A stretch of 32,000 nt of DNA from Haloferax volcanii DS2. GTDB taxonomy: Archaea; Halobacteriota; Halobacteria; Halobacteriales; Haloferacaceae. Below, one piece after another: positions 5,968 through 15,176 of this stretch (position 1 is its first letter; each line of letters begins with the position of its first letter). Location of the stretch: NCBI RefSeq assembly GCF_000025685.1, contig NC_013967.1:2010001-2042000 (forward strand), given 5' to 3'. The notes under the pieces are model-generated. The model did no database searches. It was not told the DNA's origin and worked only from the letters and a program-made list of their open reading frames with translations. The position numbers were made by a program, and so were the translations under genes.

Positions 5968-7125
5968 ATGCGAAACTACGTCGGTGCACCCGGTTCGACG
6001 GTATCGCGTCGCGAATTCCTCGCCGCAACGGGAAGCGTCGGAGCGCTCGGCCTCGCGGGGTGCGCCGCGCCCACGAACGATGACGGCAACGCCGCCGTCG
6101 GCACGGACGAGACGACGGTCGCCCAGACGAGCGAGTCGAGTCTGCCGTACACCAGTCCGCCGGAGGTCGTGCAGGTGGACGAACAGGGCGGGCAGGTCAC
6201 CCTCAAGAGCGCGCCGGCGCGCCACGCGGCCCACCCCCTCGAAACGATGGGCGGGCCGGTCGAACTCCCGCAGGTATGGGCGTTCAGCGCCGACGACGGC
6301 GAGCCGAGCGTCCCCGGGCCGATTCTCCGGACGACCGAGGGCAACGACATGGAGGTCACGCTGGACAACACCGACGGGATGCGCCCGCACACGGTCCACT
6401 TCCACGGCGTGCGCAAGGCCTGGAAGGACGACGGCGTGCCGACGACGACGGGCATCCGAGTCGACCCCGGCGAGAAACACACCTACACCATCCCGGCGAA
6501 CGTCCCCGGAACGCACCTCTACCACTGTCACTACCAGACCCACCGGCACATCGAGATGGGGATGTACGGCATCCTCCGCGTCGACCCGAAGGGGTACGAG
6601 CCGGCCGACCGGGAGTACTTCATGACCGTCCGCGACTGGGACTCGCGGCTCCCCCGGCAGATGGCCGGCGAGAACGTGACGTACGACCCCCGGGACCGGA
6701 AGCCGGACGTGTTCACCGTCAACGGGAAGAGCGCGCCGCGGACGCTCCACCCCGAAGACGGCTCGCCCATCATCGTCGAGCAGGGCGACACCGTCCGGGT
6801 CCACTACGTCAACGCGGGCTACATGAGCCACCCGATGCACATCCACAACCACCGCTTCCAGGTCGTCGAGAAGGACGGCGGCGTCGTCCCCGAGGCCGCC
6901 CGCCACGACATGGACGTGACGAACATCGCGCCCGCGGAGCGCCACACCATCGAGTTCACGGCGGACGCCCAACCCGGTATCTACCTCATGCACTGCCACA
7001 AGGTCAACCACGTCATGAACGGGGGCTTCTACCCCGGCGGCATGCTGAGCGGCGTCGTCTACAAGGAGGCGATGGACACCGACATCTTCGCGAGCCTGAT
7101 GGAGTACGCCGGCTACGAGGGCTGA
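5968..7125 (+). CDS. Two-domain multicopper oxidase, Tat-exported lipoprotein (385 aa)
   Basis: The N-terminus SRREFLAATGSVGALGLAGCAAP combines a twin-arginine motif with an LAGC lipobox. Copper motifs appear twice: HTVHFHG plus HLYHCHYQTHRHIEMGM in domain 1, and HPMHIHNH plus LMHCHKVNHVMNGG in domain 2. The H-C-H-x3-H spacing is MCO-type, not NirK-type (H-C-x8-H). I chose the start at the internal ATG of track ORF 5809-7125. Confidence 0.9.
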   Translation: MRNYVGAPGSTVSRREFLAATGSVGALGLAGCAAPTNDDGNAAVGTDETTVAQTSESSLPYTSPPEVVQVDEQGGQVTLKSAPARHAAHPLETMGGPVELPQVWAFSADDGEPSVPGPILRTTEGNDMEVTLDNTDGMRPHTVHFHGVRKAWKDDGVPTTTGIRVDPGEKHTYTIPANVPGTHLYHCHYQTHRHIEMGMYGILRVDPKGYEPADREYFMTVRDWDSRLPRQMAGENVTYDPRDRKPDVFTVNGKSAPRTLHPEDGSPIIVEQGDTVRVHYVNAGYMSHPMHIHNHRFQVVEKDGGVVPEAARHDMDVTNIAPAERHTIEFTADAQPGIYLMHCHKVNHVMNGGFYPGGMLSGVVYKEAMDTDIFASLMEYAGYEG

Positions 7126-7201
7126 ACGACGCACCCTCGTGTCGTCGGAGCCGGTAAGCAGGTCGCCCGCTTGTCGGTCCCCCGTTTCCGACCCGCCCGT
7201 C

Positions 7202-7223
7202 ACAACTGTTATTAACTAGTTGT
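7202..7223. promoter_or_regulatory. thiC promoter: TATA-like TTATTAA (7209-7215) embedded in the inverted repeat ACAACT-N10-AGTTGT. Candidate operator.
   Basis: The only AT-rich patch in 7126-7238. The TATA centre lies about 27 nt upstream of the ATG at 7239. The inverted-repeat arms are 7202-7207 and 7218-7223. An 8-bp palindrome AACTAGTT (7214-7221) and a second ACTAG (7228-7232) overlap the site. Confidence 0.4.
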
Positions 7224-7235
7224 ATCACTAGCTAA

Positions 7236-8687
<1,452 letters not shown>

Positions 8688-8754
8688 CGACCGCCGCGTC
8701 CGCGGCCCGCCGACCAACCGACCCCGCGGGCAATCGACCGAACCCACCGCGCGA

Positions 8755-8780
8755 CCACCCCGTGTCGGTGGCTTCTTTTT
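8755..8780 (+). terminator. Candidate thiC terminator: short hairpin CCACC-N7-GGTGG followed by TTCTTTTT
   Basis: Read directly from the sequence. The 5-bp stem is 8755-8759 / 8767-8771, and the oligo-T tract is 8773-8780, 68 nt after the thiC stop. Archaeal termination typically uses oligo-T tracts. Confidence 0.4.
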
Positions 8781-8804
8781 CCGGGTCGCTGAAAGGGAGT
8801 ACCA

Positions 8805-9839
8805 ATGGTCCTCGGCAGTCTCCTCCGGTCGTCGCCGCTCGCGAACGTCGCCCTGATTCTCCTGATGACCGGTCTCATCTGGGTCGGCAGCGGGTGGCTC
8901 GAAGCGTCAGCCGACCACCTCGCGGCGTACTACGGCCTCCCGGCGGTCGTCCAGGGCTCCATCATCGTCGCCCTCGGGTCGAGCTTTCCCGAGTTCGCCA
9001 GCGTCGCCGTCGCCGCGGCCGCGGACGTCTTCGACATGGGCGTCGGCGCAATCGTCGGCTCGGCCATCTTCAACATCCTCGTGATTCCGGCACTGTCGGG
9101 TCTCGCCACCGACGGCGACCTCGAAACCAGCCGGCTCGTCGTATACAAGGAGGCGCAGTTCTACATGGTCGCGGTCGCCACGCTCGTCGTCACCTTCTCG
9201 CTGGCGGTCATCTACTTCCCCGTGCCCGACGGCCCGCCGCTGACGGGAGAACTCACCCGCCCCATCGCGCTCATCCCACTGCTCCTCTACGGGCTCTATC
9301 TATTCATCCAGTGGCAGGACGTGTCGGAGCACGAAGCCGAGGACGCTGGCGTCGCTGACGGCATCGGCCGCGAGTGGGCGCGGCTCCTCGGCGGCCTCCT
9401 CGTCATCCTCGTCGGCGTCGAGCAACTGGTCGGGAGCGTCGAGTCGCTCAGCGCGACGTTCGGCGTCCCGACGTTCCTCGCGGGCGTCACTGTCGTCGCC
9501 GCCGCGACGAGCCTCCCCGACACGCTCGTCAGCGTCCGTTCGGCCGCCGACGGCAACAGCGCGACGAGCCTCGGCAACGTCCTCGGGTCGAACACGTTCG
9601 ACCTGCTCGTCGCCATCCCCGTGGGCGTGCTCATCGTCGGGAGCGTCCCGGTGGACTTCGCCGTCGCCGTCCCCATGCTGGGCGTGCTGACGCTGGCGAC
9701 CGTCCTGCTTTTCGGCCTGCTCCGGACGGACCTGTCGCTCACCCGGCTGGAGTCGTACGCGCTCGGCGCGGCGTATCTCGTCTTCGTCGGCTGGGTTATC
9801 GCCGAGACCGCGGGCGTCACGTCGCTACTTCGGAACTGA
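8805..9839 (+). CDS. Ca2+/cation antiporter (CaCA family, sodium:calcium exchanger-like membrane protein)
   Basis: 344 aa and polytopic. The two alpha-repeat signatures are GSSFPEF (N-terminal half) and ATSLPDT (C-terminal half). An AGGGAG Shine-Dalgarno-like element lies 6-10 nt upstream of the ATG. Confidence 0.88.
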   Translation: MVLGSLLRSSPLANVALILLMTGLIWVGSGWLEASADHLAAYYGLPAVVQGSIIVALGSSFPEFASVAVAAAADVFDMGVGAIVGSAIFNILVIPALSGLATDGDLETSRLVVYKEAQFYMVAVATLVVTFSLAVIYFPVPDGPPLTGELTRPIALIPLLLYGLYLFIQWQDVSEHEAEDAGVADGIGREWARLLGGLLVILVGVEQLVGSVESLSATFGVPTFLAGVTVVAAATSLPDTLVSVRSAADGNSATSLGNVLGSNTFDLLVAIPVGVLIVGSVPVDFAVAVPMLGVLTLATVLLFGLLRTDLSLTRLESYALGAAYLVFVGWVIAETAGVTSLLRN

Positions 9840-9910
9840 CGGGCGGACGCGGTCGGTCCGTCGGGTCCGCCGACTCGGGCCGACTCGCCCCGACGCCCGG
9901 CGACCCCGCC

Positions 9911-10816
9911 CTACTCCTCTCGCGGCTGTCTGACCGTCACCACCGGCACCGGCGAACTCCGAACCAGCTTCTCGGCGACGCTCCCGAGCATGTAGCGGTC
10001 GAACCCCGTGTGGCCGTGGGTTCCCATCACCACGATGTCCACGTCGTACTCGTCGATGTACGCGAGGATGCCGTCGTGAATCGACACGTCGCGGCCGACC
10101 GACTTCCTGATAGTCTCGACGCCCGCGGCGGCCGCCGTGTCGCTCGCCGCGTCGACCGCGTCGCTCGCCCGCTCTTCGAGTTCGTCGAGGAGGAGCGGTC
10201 CGCGGATGTCCGCGCCGAAGGCGGCGACGTTGACGACCGACACCGCGTGGAGCGCCGCGTCGGTCGCCGCGGCCAACTCGCTCCCGAACGTGACCGCCGC
10301 GGTCGCGCAGGCGCTCCCGTCGGTGGGCGTCAGCACGTCGGCGTAGGGGTACGCGAGGTCGGTCGCCGCGTCCGGCCGAACGGTGAGCACGGGCACGTCC
10401 GACCGCCGGACGACGCGCTCCGTGGTGCTCCCGAGGAGGAGGCGGCTCAGCCCCGTCCGCCCGTGGGTCGGCATGACCACGAGGTCGGCGCCCTGCTCGG
10501 CCGCGTACTCGGTGATGACCTGATACGGCTCGCCGCGCTCGACGCTCGTCACGGCCGTCACATCGGACTGCGACGCGCGGGCCGCGGCGTCGCTCACGAA
10601 TCGCTCGCCGTCGCTTCGGCGGCGTTCGCTGGGGTCGTCGCCGGCGCCGTCGCCCTCGGAGCCGCCGGTCAGGCTCGGGCGGCGCTCGGGCTCCGGCGGG
10701 GCGACGTGCAGTAGGTGGAGGGTCGCGTCGTGGGCGGCGGCCATGTCGACGACGTGGTCGAGGACGGCGTCCGCGCCGTCGCTCCCGTCGGTCGGAAAGA
10801 GGAGTTGGTCGAACAT
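9911..10816 (-). CDS. Tandem-domain universal stress protein (UspA family)
   Basis: 301 aa containing two Usp modules. Each ends in the typical motif GSTTERVVRRSDVPVLTVR or GSVAEKLVRSSPVPVVTVR, preceded by VVMPTHGRTG or VVMGTHGHTG. Confidence 0.9.
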   Translation of the reverse strand: MFDQLLFPTDGSDGADAVLDHVVDMAAAHDATLHLLHVAPPEPERRPSLTGGSEGDGAGDDPSERRRSDGERFVSDAAARASQSDVTAVTSVERGEPYQVITEYAAEQGADLVVMPTHGRTGLSRLLLGSTTERVVRRSDVPVLTVRPDAATDLAYPYADVLTPTDGSACATAAVTFGSELAAATDAALHAVSVVNVAAFGADIRGPLLLDELEERASDAVDAASDTAAAAGVETIRKSVGRDVSIHDGILAYIDEYDVDIVVMGTHGHTGFDRYMLGSVAEKLVRSSPVPVVTVRQPREE

Positions 10817-10904
10817 GGTTCGATATTCTCAGCGAACGCACAAAAGCGAGGAGGCTGGTCGCCACGGGGTGAGAAGCCGACCGCGCCCCCACCCCCGTCC
10901 GCCG

Positions 10905-11102
10905 TCAGCGTCGGAGCGCCCAGACCGCCAGTCCGATGGCTTCCCGGAGCGTCACGCCCGCCGCGAACACGTACACCGTCTGTAACGGCAGTTCGAGGAA
11001 ATCGATGGCAGCGACCGCGAACGACATCACGATGGCCATCCCGACCCACCCGAGTGCGAACCGGCGCTCCGACGCCGACGTGTGTGTGCCCAACTCGACC
11101 AT
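10905..11102 (-). CDS. Small hypothetical membrane protein (65 aa, about 2 TM)
   Basis: MVELGTHTSASERRFALGWVGMAIVMSFAVAAIDFLELPLQTVYVFAAGVTLREAIGLAVWALRR. GC3 is good. An AT-rich box ATCTATTTAATTTC (11121-11134) is centred about 26 nt upstream of the ATG, which supports an independent leaderless promoter. Confidence 0.5.
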   Translation of the reverse strand: MVELGTHTSASERRFALGWVGMAIVMSFAVAAIDFLELPLQTVYVFAAGVTLREAIGLAVWALRR

Positions 11103-11221
11103 ACTCCCTGACTCGGCCGAATCTATTTAATTTCTCGTGCTGGCGCGCCCGAGCGGGCGGTCGGGTGCGCCGTCGACGGCGGGGTTACTCCGATCGGGTC
11201 GTGTCGTTCCGCTCGGGGCCG

Positions 11222-13477
11222 CTACTCCGATTGGGCGTCCACCACGGCGACCCCCGCCAGATTGACTATGTCTTTGACTTCGTCGCCGCGCTGGAGGACG
11301 TGGACGGGTTTGTCCATGCCGACGAGCATCGGGCCGATGGCCTCCGCGCCGCCGAGCCGCTGGAGCAGTTTGTAGCCGATGTTCCCGGCTTCGAGGTTCG
11401 GGAACACGAGGACGTTCGCGGGGTCGTCGAGTTCCGCGAAGTCGTAGGTGTCGGTCAGCATCTCCTCGACGAGGGCGGTGTCGGCCTGCATCTCGCCGTC
11501 GACCGGGAAGTCCACGTCGGGGTCGGCGTGCAGTTGTTCGACGGCGTTTCGGGGCTTGCGCGTCCCCTCGTTCGTGACGCTGCCGAAGTCCGAGTACGAG
11601 AGCAGCGCCGCGCGGGGTTCGACGTTGAAGCGCCGGGCGAGCTCGGCGGTGTGTTTCGTCACCTCGGCGAGCACGTTCTCGTCGGGGTCGAGGTTGACCG
11701 TCGCGTCGGCGCAGAAGATGACCCGGTTCCGGAACGTCAGCATGTAGACGCCGGCGGCGTAGTCGGCGTCGTCGGCCGTGCCGATAATCTGGAGCGGCGG
11801 GCGCAGCGCCGACGGGTAGTGGTGCGTGAGGCCCGTCAGCATCGCGTCCGCGTCACCGACTTCGACCATCACGCTGGCGAAGTAGTTCGAGTCGCCCCGC
11901 ACGAGTTCGGCCGCCTCGGTCCGGGTGAGGCCCTTGCGCTGGCGGCGCTCGTAGAGGTGGTCGACGTAGTGGTTCCACTCGCCGCTTTCGGGGTCCGCGA
12001 TGGTCGGGTCGAAGTCGAGGCCGAGGTCCTCGGCGGTGCGGAGAATCTCTTTCGTCCGGCCGACGAGGATGGGTTCGGCGATGCCCTCCTCGACTAACTG
12101 GCTCGCGGCGCGAATCATCTTCTCGTCTTCGCCCTCCGCGAGGACGACGCGCTTGGGGTTCGACGCCGCCTTGTTGAGGACGACGCGCATCATCTCGCGG
12201 GACTTCCCGAGGCGGGCTTCCAACTCCTCGCGGTAGTCGTCGAGGTCGCGCTCGCGGCGGGCCGCGCCGCTCTTCATGGCCGCCTCGGCGACGGCGGGCG
12301 TCACCTCGTAGAGGACGCGCTGGTCGAGCGGCTTGGGGATGAGGTAGTCGGGGCCGAACTGGAGCGGGCCGTCGCCGTAGGCCTTGACGACCGCGTCGGG
12401 CACGTCCTGTCGCGCGAGGTTCGCCAGCGCCTCGGCGGCGGCGCGCTTCATCTCCTCGTTAATCTCGGTCGCGCGCACGTCGAGCGCGCCGCGGAAGATG
12501 AAGGGGAACCCGAGAACGTTGTTCACCTGATTCGGGTAGTCGGAGCGCCCGGTGGCCATGATAACCGTGTCGTCGCGGGCCTCCTTCGCGTCCTCGTAAG
12601 CGATTTCGGGCTCCGGATTCGCCATGGCGAAGATGATGGGGTCGTCGGCCATCGACCGCACCGTCTCCTGACTGACGATACCGCCGACCGAGAGACCGAC
12701 GAGCACGTCCGCGCCCTCCATCGCGTCTTCGAGGTCGCCGTCGTCGACGCCGCGGGCGAACGGCTCGGCGTACTCGTCGAGTTCGCCGGCCTCGGCCCGC
12801 GACTCCGAGAGGACGCCGTCGATGTCGCACAGCGTGATGTTCTCGTGAGGGATGCCCAGCGAGACGTAGAACCGCGCCGTCGCGGTCGCGGCCGCGCCCG
12901 CCCCCGAGAAGGTGACGTTCAGCGACGACAGCTCCTTGTCCGCGATGTCGGCGGCGTTCAAAAGCGCCGCCCCGGAGATGATGGCCGTGCCGTGTTGGTC
13001 GTCGTGGAACACGGGGATATCCATCCGCTCGCGCAGGGACTCCTCGATTTCGAAGCATTCGGGCGCGCGGATGTCTTCTAAGTTGATGCCGCCGAACGTC
13101 GGCTCCATCGCGGCGACCGACTCCACGAACGCTTGGGGGTCGTCGTGGTCGAACTCGACGTCGAACACGTCGATGTCGGCGAAGCGCTTGAACAGCACGC
13201 CCTTGCCCTCCATCACCGGCTTCGACGCCTGCGCTCCGATGTCACCCAGCCCGAGCACCGCCGAGCCGTTGGAGACGACGCCGACGAGGTTGCCCTTCGC
13301 GGTGTACTCGTAGGCGGCGTTCTCGTCCTCCGCGATGTCGCGGCACGGCGCGGCCACGCCCGGCGAGTACGCCAGACTCAGGTCGCGCTGTGTGTTCGTC
13401 GGCTTCGTCGTCGCTATCTCTACTTTCCCCGCGGGCGGACGCCGATGGTAGTCTCGGGCGTCGTCTCCGAGTGTCAT
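11222..13477 (-). CDS. maeB: NADP-dependent malic enzyme, MaeB type (malic enzyme domain fused to a phosphate-acetyltransferase-like domain)
   Basis: 751 aa. The N-terminal half has [41 protein letters not shown] and FGGINLEDI. The C-terminal half is PTA-like. Confidence 0.95.
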   Translation of the reverse strand: MTLGDDARDYHRRPPAGKVEIATTKPTNTQRDLSLAYSPGVAAPCRDIAEDENAAYEYTAKGNLVGVVSNGSAVLGLGDIGAQASKPVMEGKGVLFKRFADIDVFDVEFDHDDPQAFVESVAAMEPTFGGINLEDIRAPECFEIEESLRERMDIPVFHDDQHGTAIISGAALLNAADIADKELSSLNVTFSGAGAAATATARFYVSLGIPHENITLCDIDGVLSESRAEAGELDEYAEPFARGVDDGDLEDAMEGADVLVGLSVGGIVSQETVRSMADDPIIFAMANPEPEIAYEDAKEARDDTVIMATGRSDYPNQVNNVLGFPFIFRGALDVRATEINEEMKRAAAEALANLARQDVPDAVVKAYGDGPLQFGPDYLIPKPLDQRVLYEVTPAVAEAAMKSGAARRERDLDDYREELEARLGKSREMMRVVLNKAASNPKRVVLAEGEDEKMIRAASQLVEEGIAEPILVGRTKEILRTAEDLGLDFDPTIADPESGEWNHYVDHLYERRQRKGLTRTEAAELVRGDSNYFASVMVEVGDADAMLTGLTHHYPSALRPPLQIIGTADDADYAAGVYMLTFRNRVIFCADATVNLDPDENVLAEVTKHTAELARRFNVEPRAALLSYSDFGSVTNEGTRKPRNAVEQLHADPDVDFPVDGEMQADTALVEEMLTDTYDFAELDDPANVLVFPNLEAGNIGYKLLQRLGGAEAIGPMLVGMDKPVHVLQRGDEVKDIVNLAGVAVVDAQSE

Positions 13478-13653
13478 TGCCCGTGATGGGAACGGTGAAG
13501 TAAGTAGACCCTTCGCTCCGACAGCGCCACGTCAACGAGAGTCACGCACAGCGCAGCCGCTCGTCGCGCCGTTTCCCCGCCGGGGTGATGAATGTACGGG
13601 TCCGGCTGGTGCGTACGGGCGGCAGCGTCGTTGGCACGCCCCCACCCGCGCGC

Positions 13654-13944
13654 TCACCGGAGCGCTTCGTGCGGCATCGTGTAGAGCTGAACGTTGTCCG
13701 CTATCGACACCTCCTCGAAGTGACTCTCCGTTACGAACAGGTCCGAAACCGCGTCGACTTGCTTGATGGGATAGATATGCTTCGCGCTGCCGTAGCCGTG
13801 GTACACCTCGACCGGCACGGCGAACGCAATCTCTCCCTCGTCGACTTCGACTGTCGCACCGAACGTCAGCTCGTCGTCCTCATCGACAACTGTACAGATA
13901 GTTGATGGTACCGTATCCCCTGCATCGTATATCTCTTTGACCAT
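13654..13944 (-). CDS. Small acidic protein of unknown function, paralog A (96 aa)
   Basis: Internal ATG of track ORF 13654-14022, chosen because MVKEIYDAGDTVPSTIC aligns with the N-terminus MVNKRYEAGENVPTDIC of paralog B. The shared core is FAVPVEVYHGYGSAKH(I/V)YP...VSDLFVT...LYT(M/I)PH(E/D)ALR. An AT-rich box lies at 13961-13974, about 25 nt upstream. Confidence 0.65.
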   Translation of the reverse strand: MVKEIYDAGDTVPSTICTVVDEDDELTFGATVEVDEGEIAFAVPVEVYHGYGSAKHIYPIKQVDAVSDLFVTESHFEEVSIADNVQLYTMPHEALR

Positions 13945-14394
13945 CCGTTGACAACCCACACTATTTTTCATTACTTTGAACCGTGTTTCTCCCCGCCCAC
14001 TCTTCGGGAACACACTGCTCAAGTTTCAGCCGTATGTCCAACGAGCACCGTGATAACTATTACTCAACCGTCAGAACTATCTGAGTAGTTGATACGTTCG
14101 GCGGCGCGTTGACCCGCGTGCGTCGAGTCACTGCGTCGGAACCGAACCGCGAGCCGCCGACCGCTAGCCGACGCCCGTGGTGTGTCTCTTCGCCCGCCTC
14201 GGGGGCGACGAACTCGACAGCCGACGCTCCCGGCCCGGGCGAGAACCCGCGCGTTCACCGACGCGTCGCCGGGTGAACTCCCCGTCAACTGTCTAGTCGT
14301 CTCCCTGGTACGTCGTCGTGCGCGCGGCCTGATAGTCGACCATCAGCTTGCGGACAGTTCGTGTCGCACGCGACCCGCGAATGCGACGTCGGGC

Positions 14395-14646
14395 TCAGCG
14401 GAGGGCGTCGTGCGGAATCGTGTAGAGTCGGACCTCGTCCGCGACGGTCATCTCGGCGGGTTCACCGTCCGTGACGAATAGGTCCGAGACGCGTTCGATC
14501 TGTTCTGTCGGATAGACGTGCTTCGCGCTGCCGTAGCCGTGGTACACCTCGACCGGCACGGCGAACGTCAGCACATCCTCGGCAGCGGGAACCGAGCAGA
14601 TATCCGTCGGTACGTTCTCTCCTGCTTCGTATCGCTTGTTAACCAT
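14395..14646 (-). CDS. Small acidic protein of unknown function, paralog B (83 aa)
   Basis: MVNKRYEAGENVPTDICSVPAAEDVLTFAVPVEVYHGYGSAKHVYPTEQIERVSDLFVTDGEPAEMTVADEVRLYTIPHDALR. It shares about 60% identity with paralog A, including a 49-nt identical DNA block (14519-14567 against 13778-13826). Confidence 0.7.
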   Translation of the reverse strand: MVNKRYEAGENVPTDICSVPAAEDVLTFAVPVEVYHGYGSAKHVYPTEQIERVSDLFVTDGEPAEMTVADEVRLYTIPHDALR

Positions 14647-15176
14647 TCTGATTACCCACCCTTTGTGGCGGCTCTGAGCAGTATCTCACCCACCCCTTGA
14701 GATATCCTATCGAGTTTCGACTACAACTCCAACGACCACGATGATAATCGTTCCCCCCAAGTGGACGAGAGCGGCGGCCGAACGGGTCTCACACGGTCGG
14801 GTGGTCGTGACCGCGAGTTTCATCGCGTTCGAGAACGTCCGACACGCGTGTTCTCGGCCGAGGTCGAACGCGCCAAACCGTGGTCGACTGTCCCAGAGTG
14901 TGATGAAGATACGTCTGTTACATCTCTGTCGGTCACTCGCGTTCCGTCCACCGCGGTCGCCTCGCAACGCCCCTCGCTTACGCGGGAGCCAAGTCGACAC
15001 CGCCGATATCATAACATATATTATGGATATTCGCACGTCGGCGGCGACCGCGCCGTGTCGCTTGCGACGACGGGGGTTGATTTCAACGGCGTGAGGTCCG
15101 CCCGAGACCAGGCATCGACCTTTCAGAAATTTTCACATTCAAAAGTATTATGCCGTTTCTATCTGTTGGGTGGGAT

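Noticed and set aside
5968-7125. Possibility that this copper protein is the nitrite reductase NirK
   Set aside because: The ligand spacing is H-C-H-x3-H-x4-M, with H-x-H pairs in both domains (MCO trinuclear-cluster pattern). It does not match the NirK pattern H-C-x8-H-x4-M with a single type-2 site, so I called it a two-domain MCO instead.
5599-7203. 534-aa minus-strand ORF
   Set aside because: It is antisense to the multicopper oxidase gene, which has unmistakable copper-ligand motifs. The translation is Arg/Val/Gly/Asp-rich, as is typical of the wrong strand in high-GC DNA.
9842-9871. GC-rich inverted repeat GGCGGAC-N16-GTCCGCC between the convergent CaCA and Usp genes
   Set aside because: It might be a bidirectional terminator hairpin, but no oligo-T tract accompanies it on either strand. 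GC-rich 7-mers pair by chance fairly often at this GC content.
10809-10821. Near-copy of the palindrome, CGAACATGGTTCG, overlapping the Usp start codon
   Set aside because: It has a 5-nt rather than 4-nt spacer, so the half-site phasing differs. Half of it is dictated by the codons for Met-Phe-Asp. It is possibly functional as a repressor-position site, but the sequence alone does not support that.
9374-10892. Long ORFs 9374-10714 (+), 9825-10892 (-) and 10715-12097 (+)
   Set aside because: They overlap the CaCA, Usp and maeB genes in wrong frames or on the wrong strand, with extreme Arg/Pro/Gly content.
13886-13904. Inverted repeat ACAACTGTACAGATAGTTG resembling the thiC operator arms
   Set aside because: It lies inside the coding region of paralog A (codons for STICTVV). 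The shared ACAACTGT is most simply coincidence.
14707-15036. 109-aa minus-strand ORF (and plus-strand ORFs 14741-15094 and 14761-15180) in the region upstream of the giant gene
   Set aside because: The proteins would be basic, Arg/Cys-containing and non-acidic, with poor GC3, and they cross the AT-rich palindrome. They have no paralog or motif support. I treated the region as non-coding control DNA.
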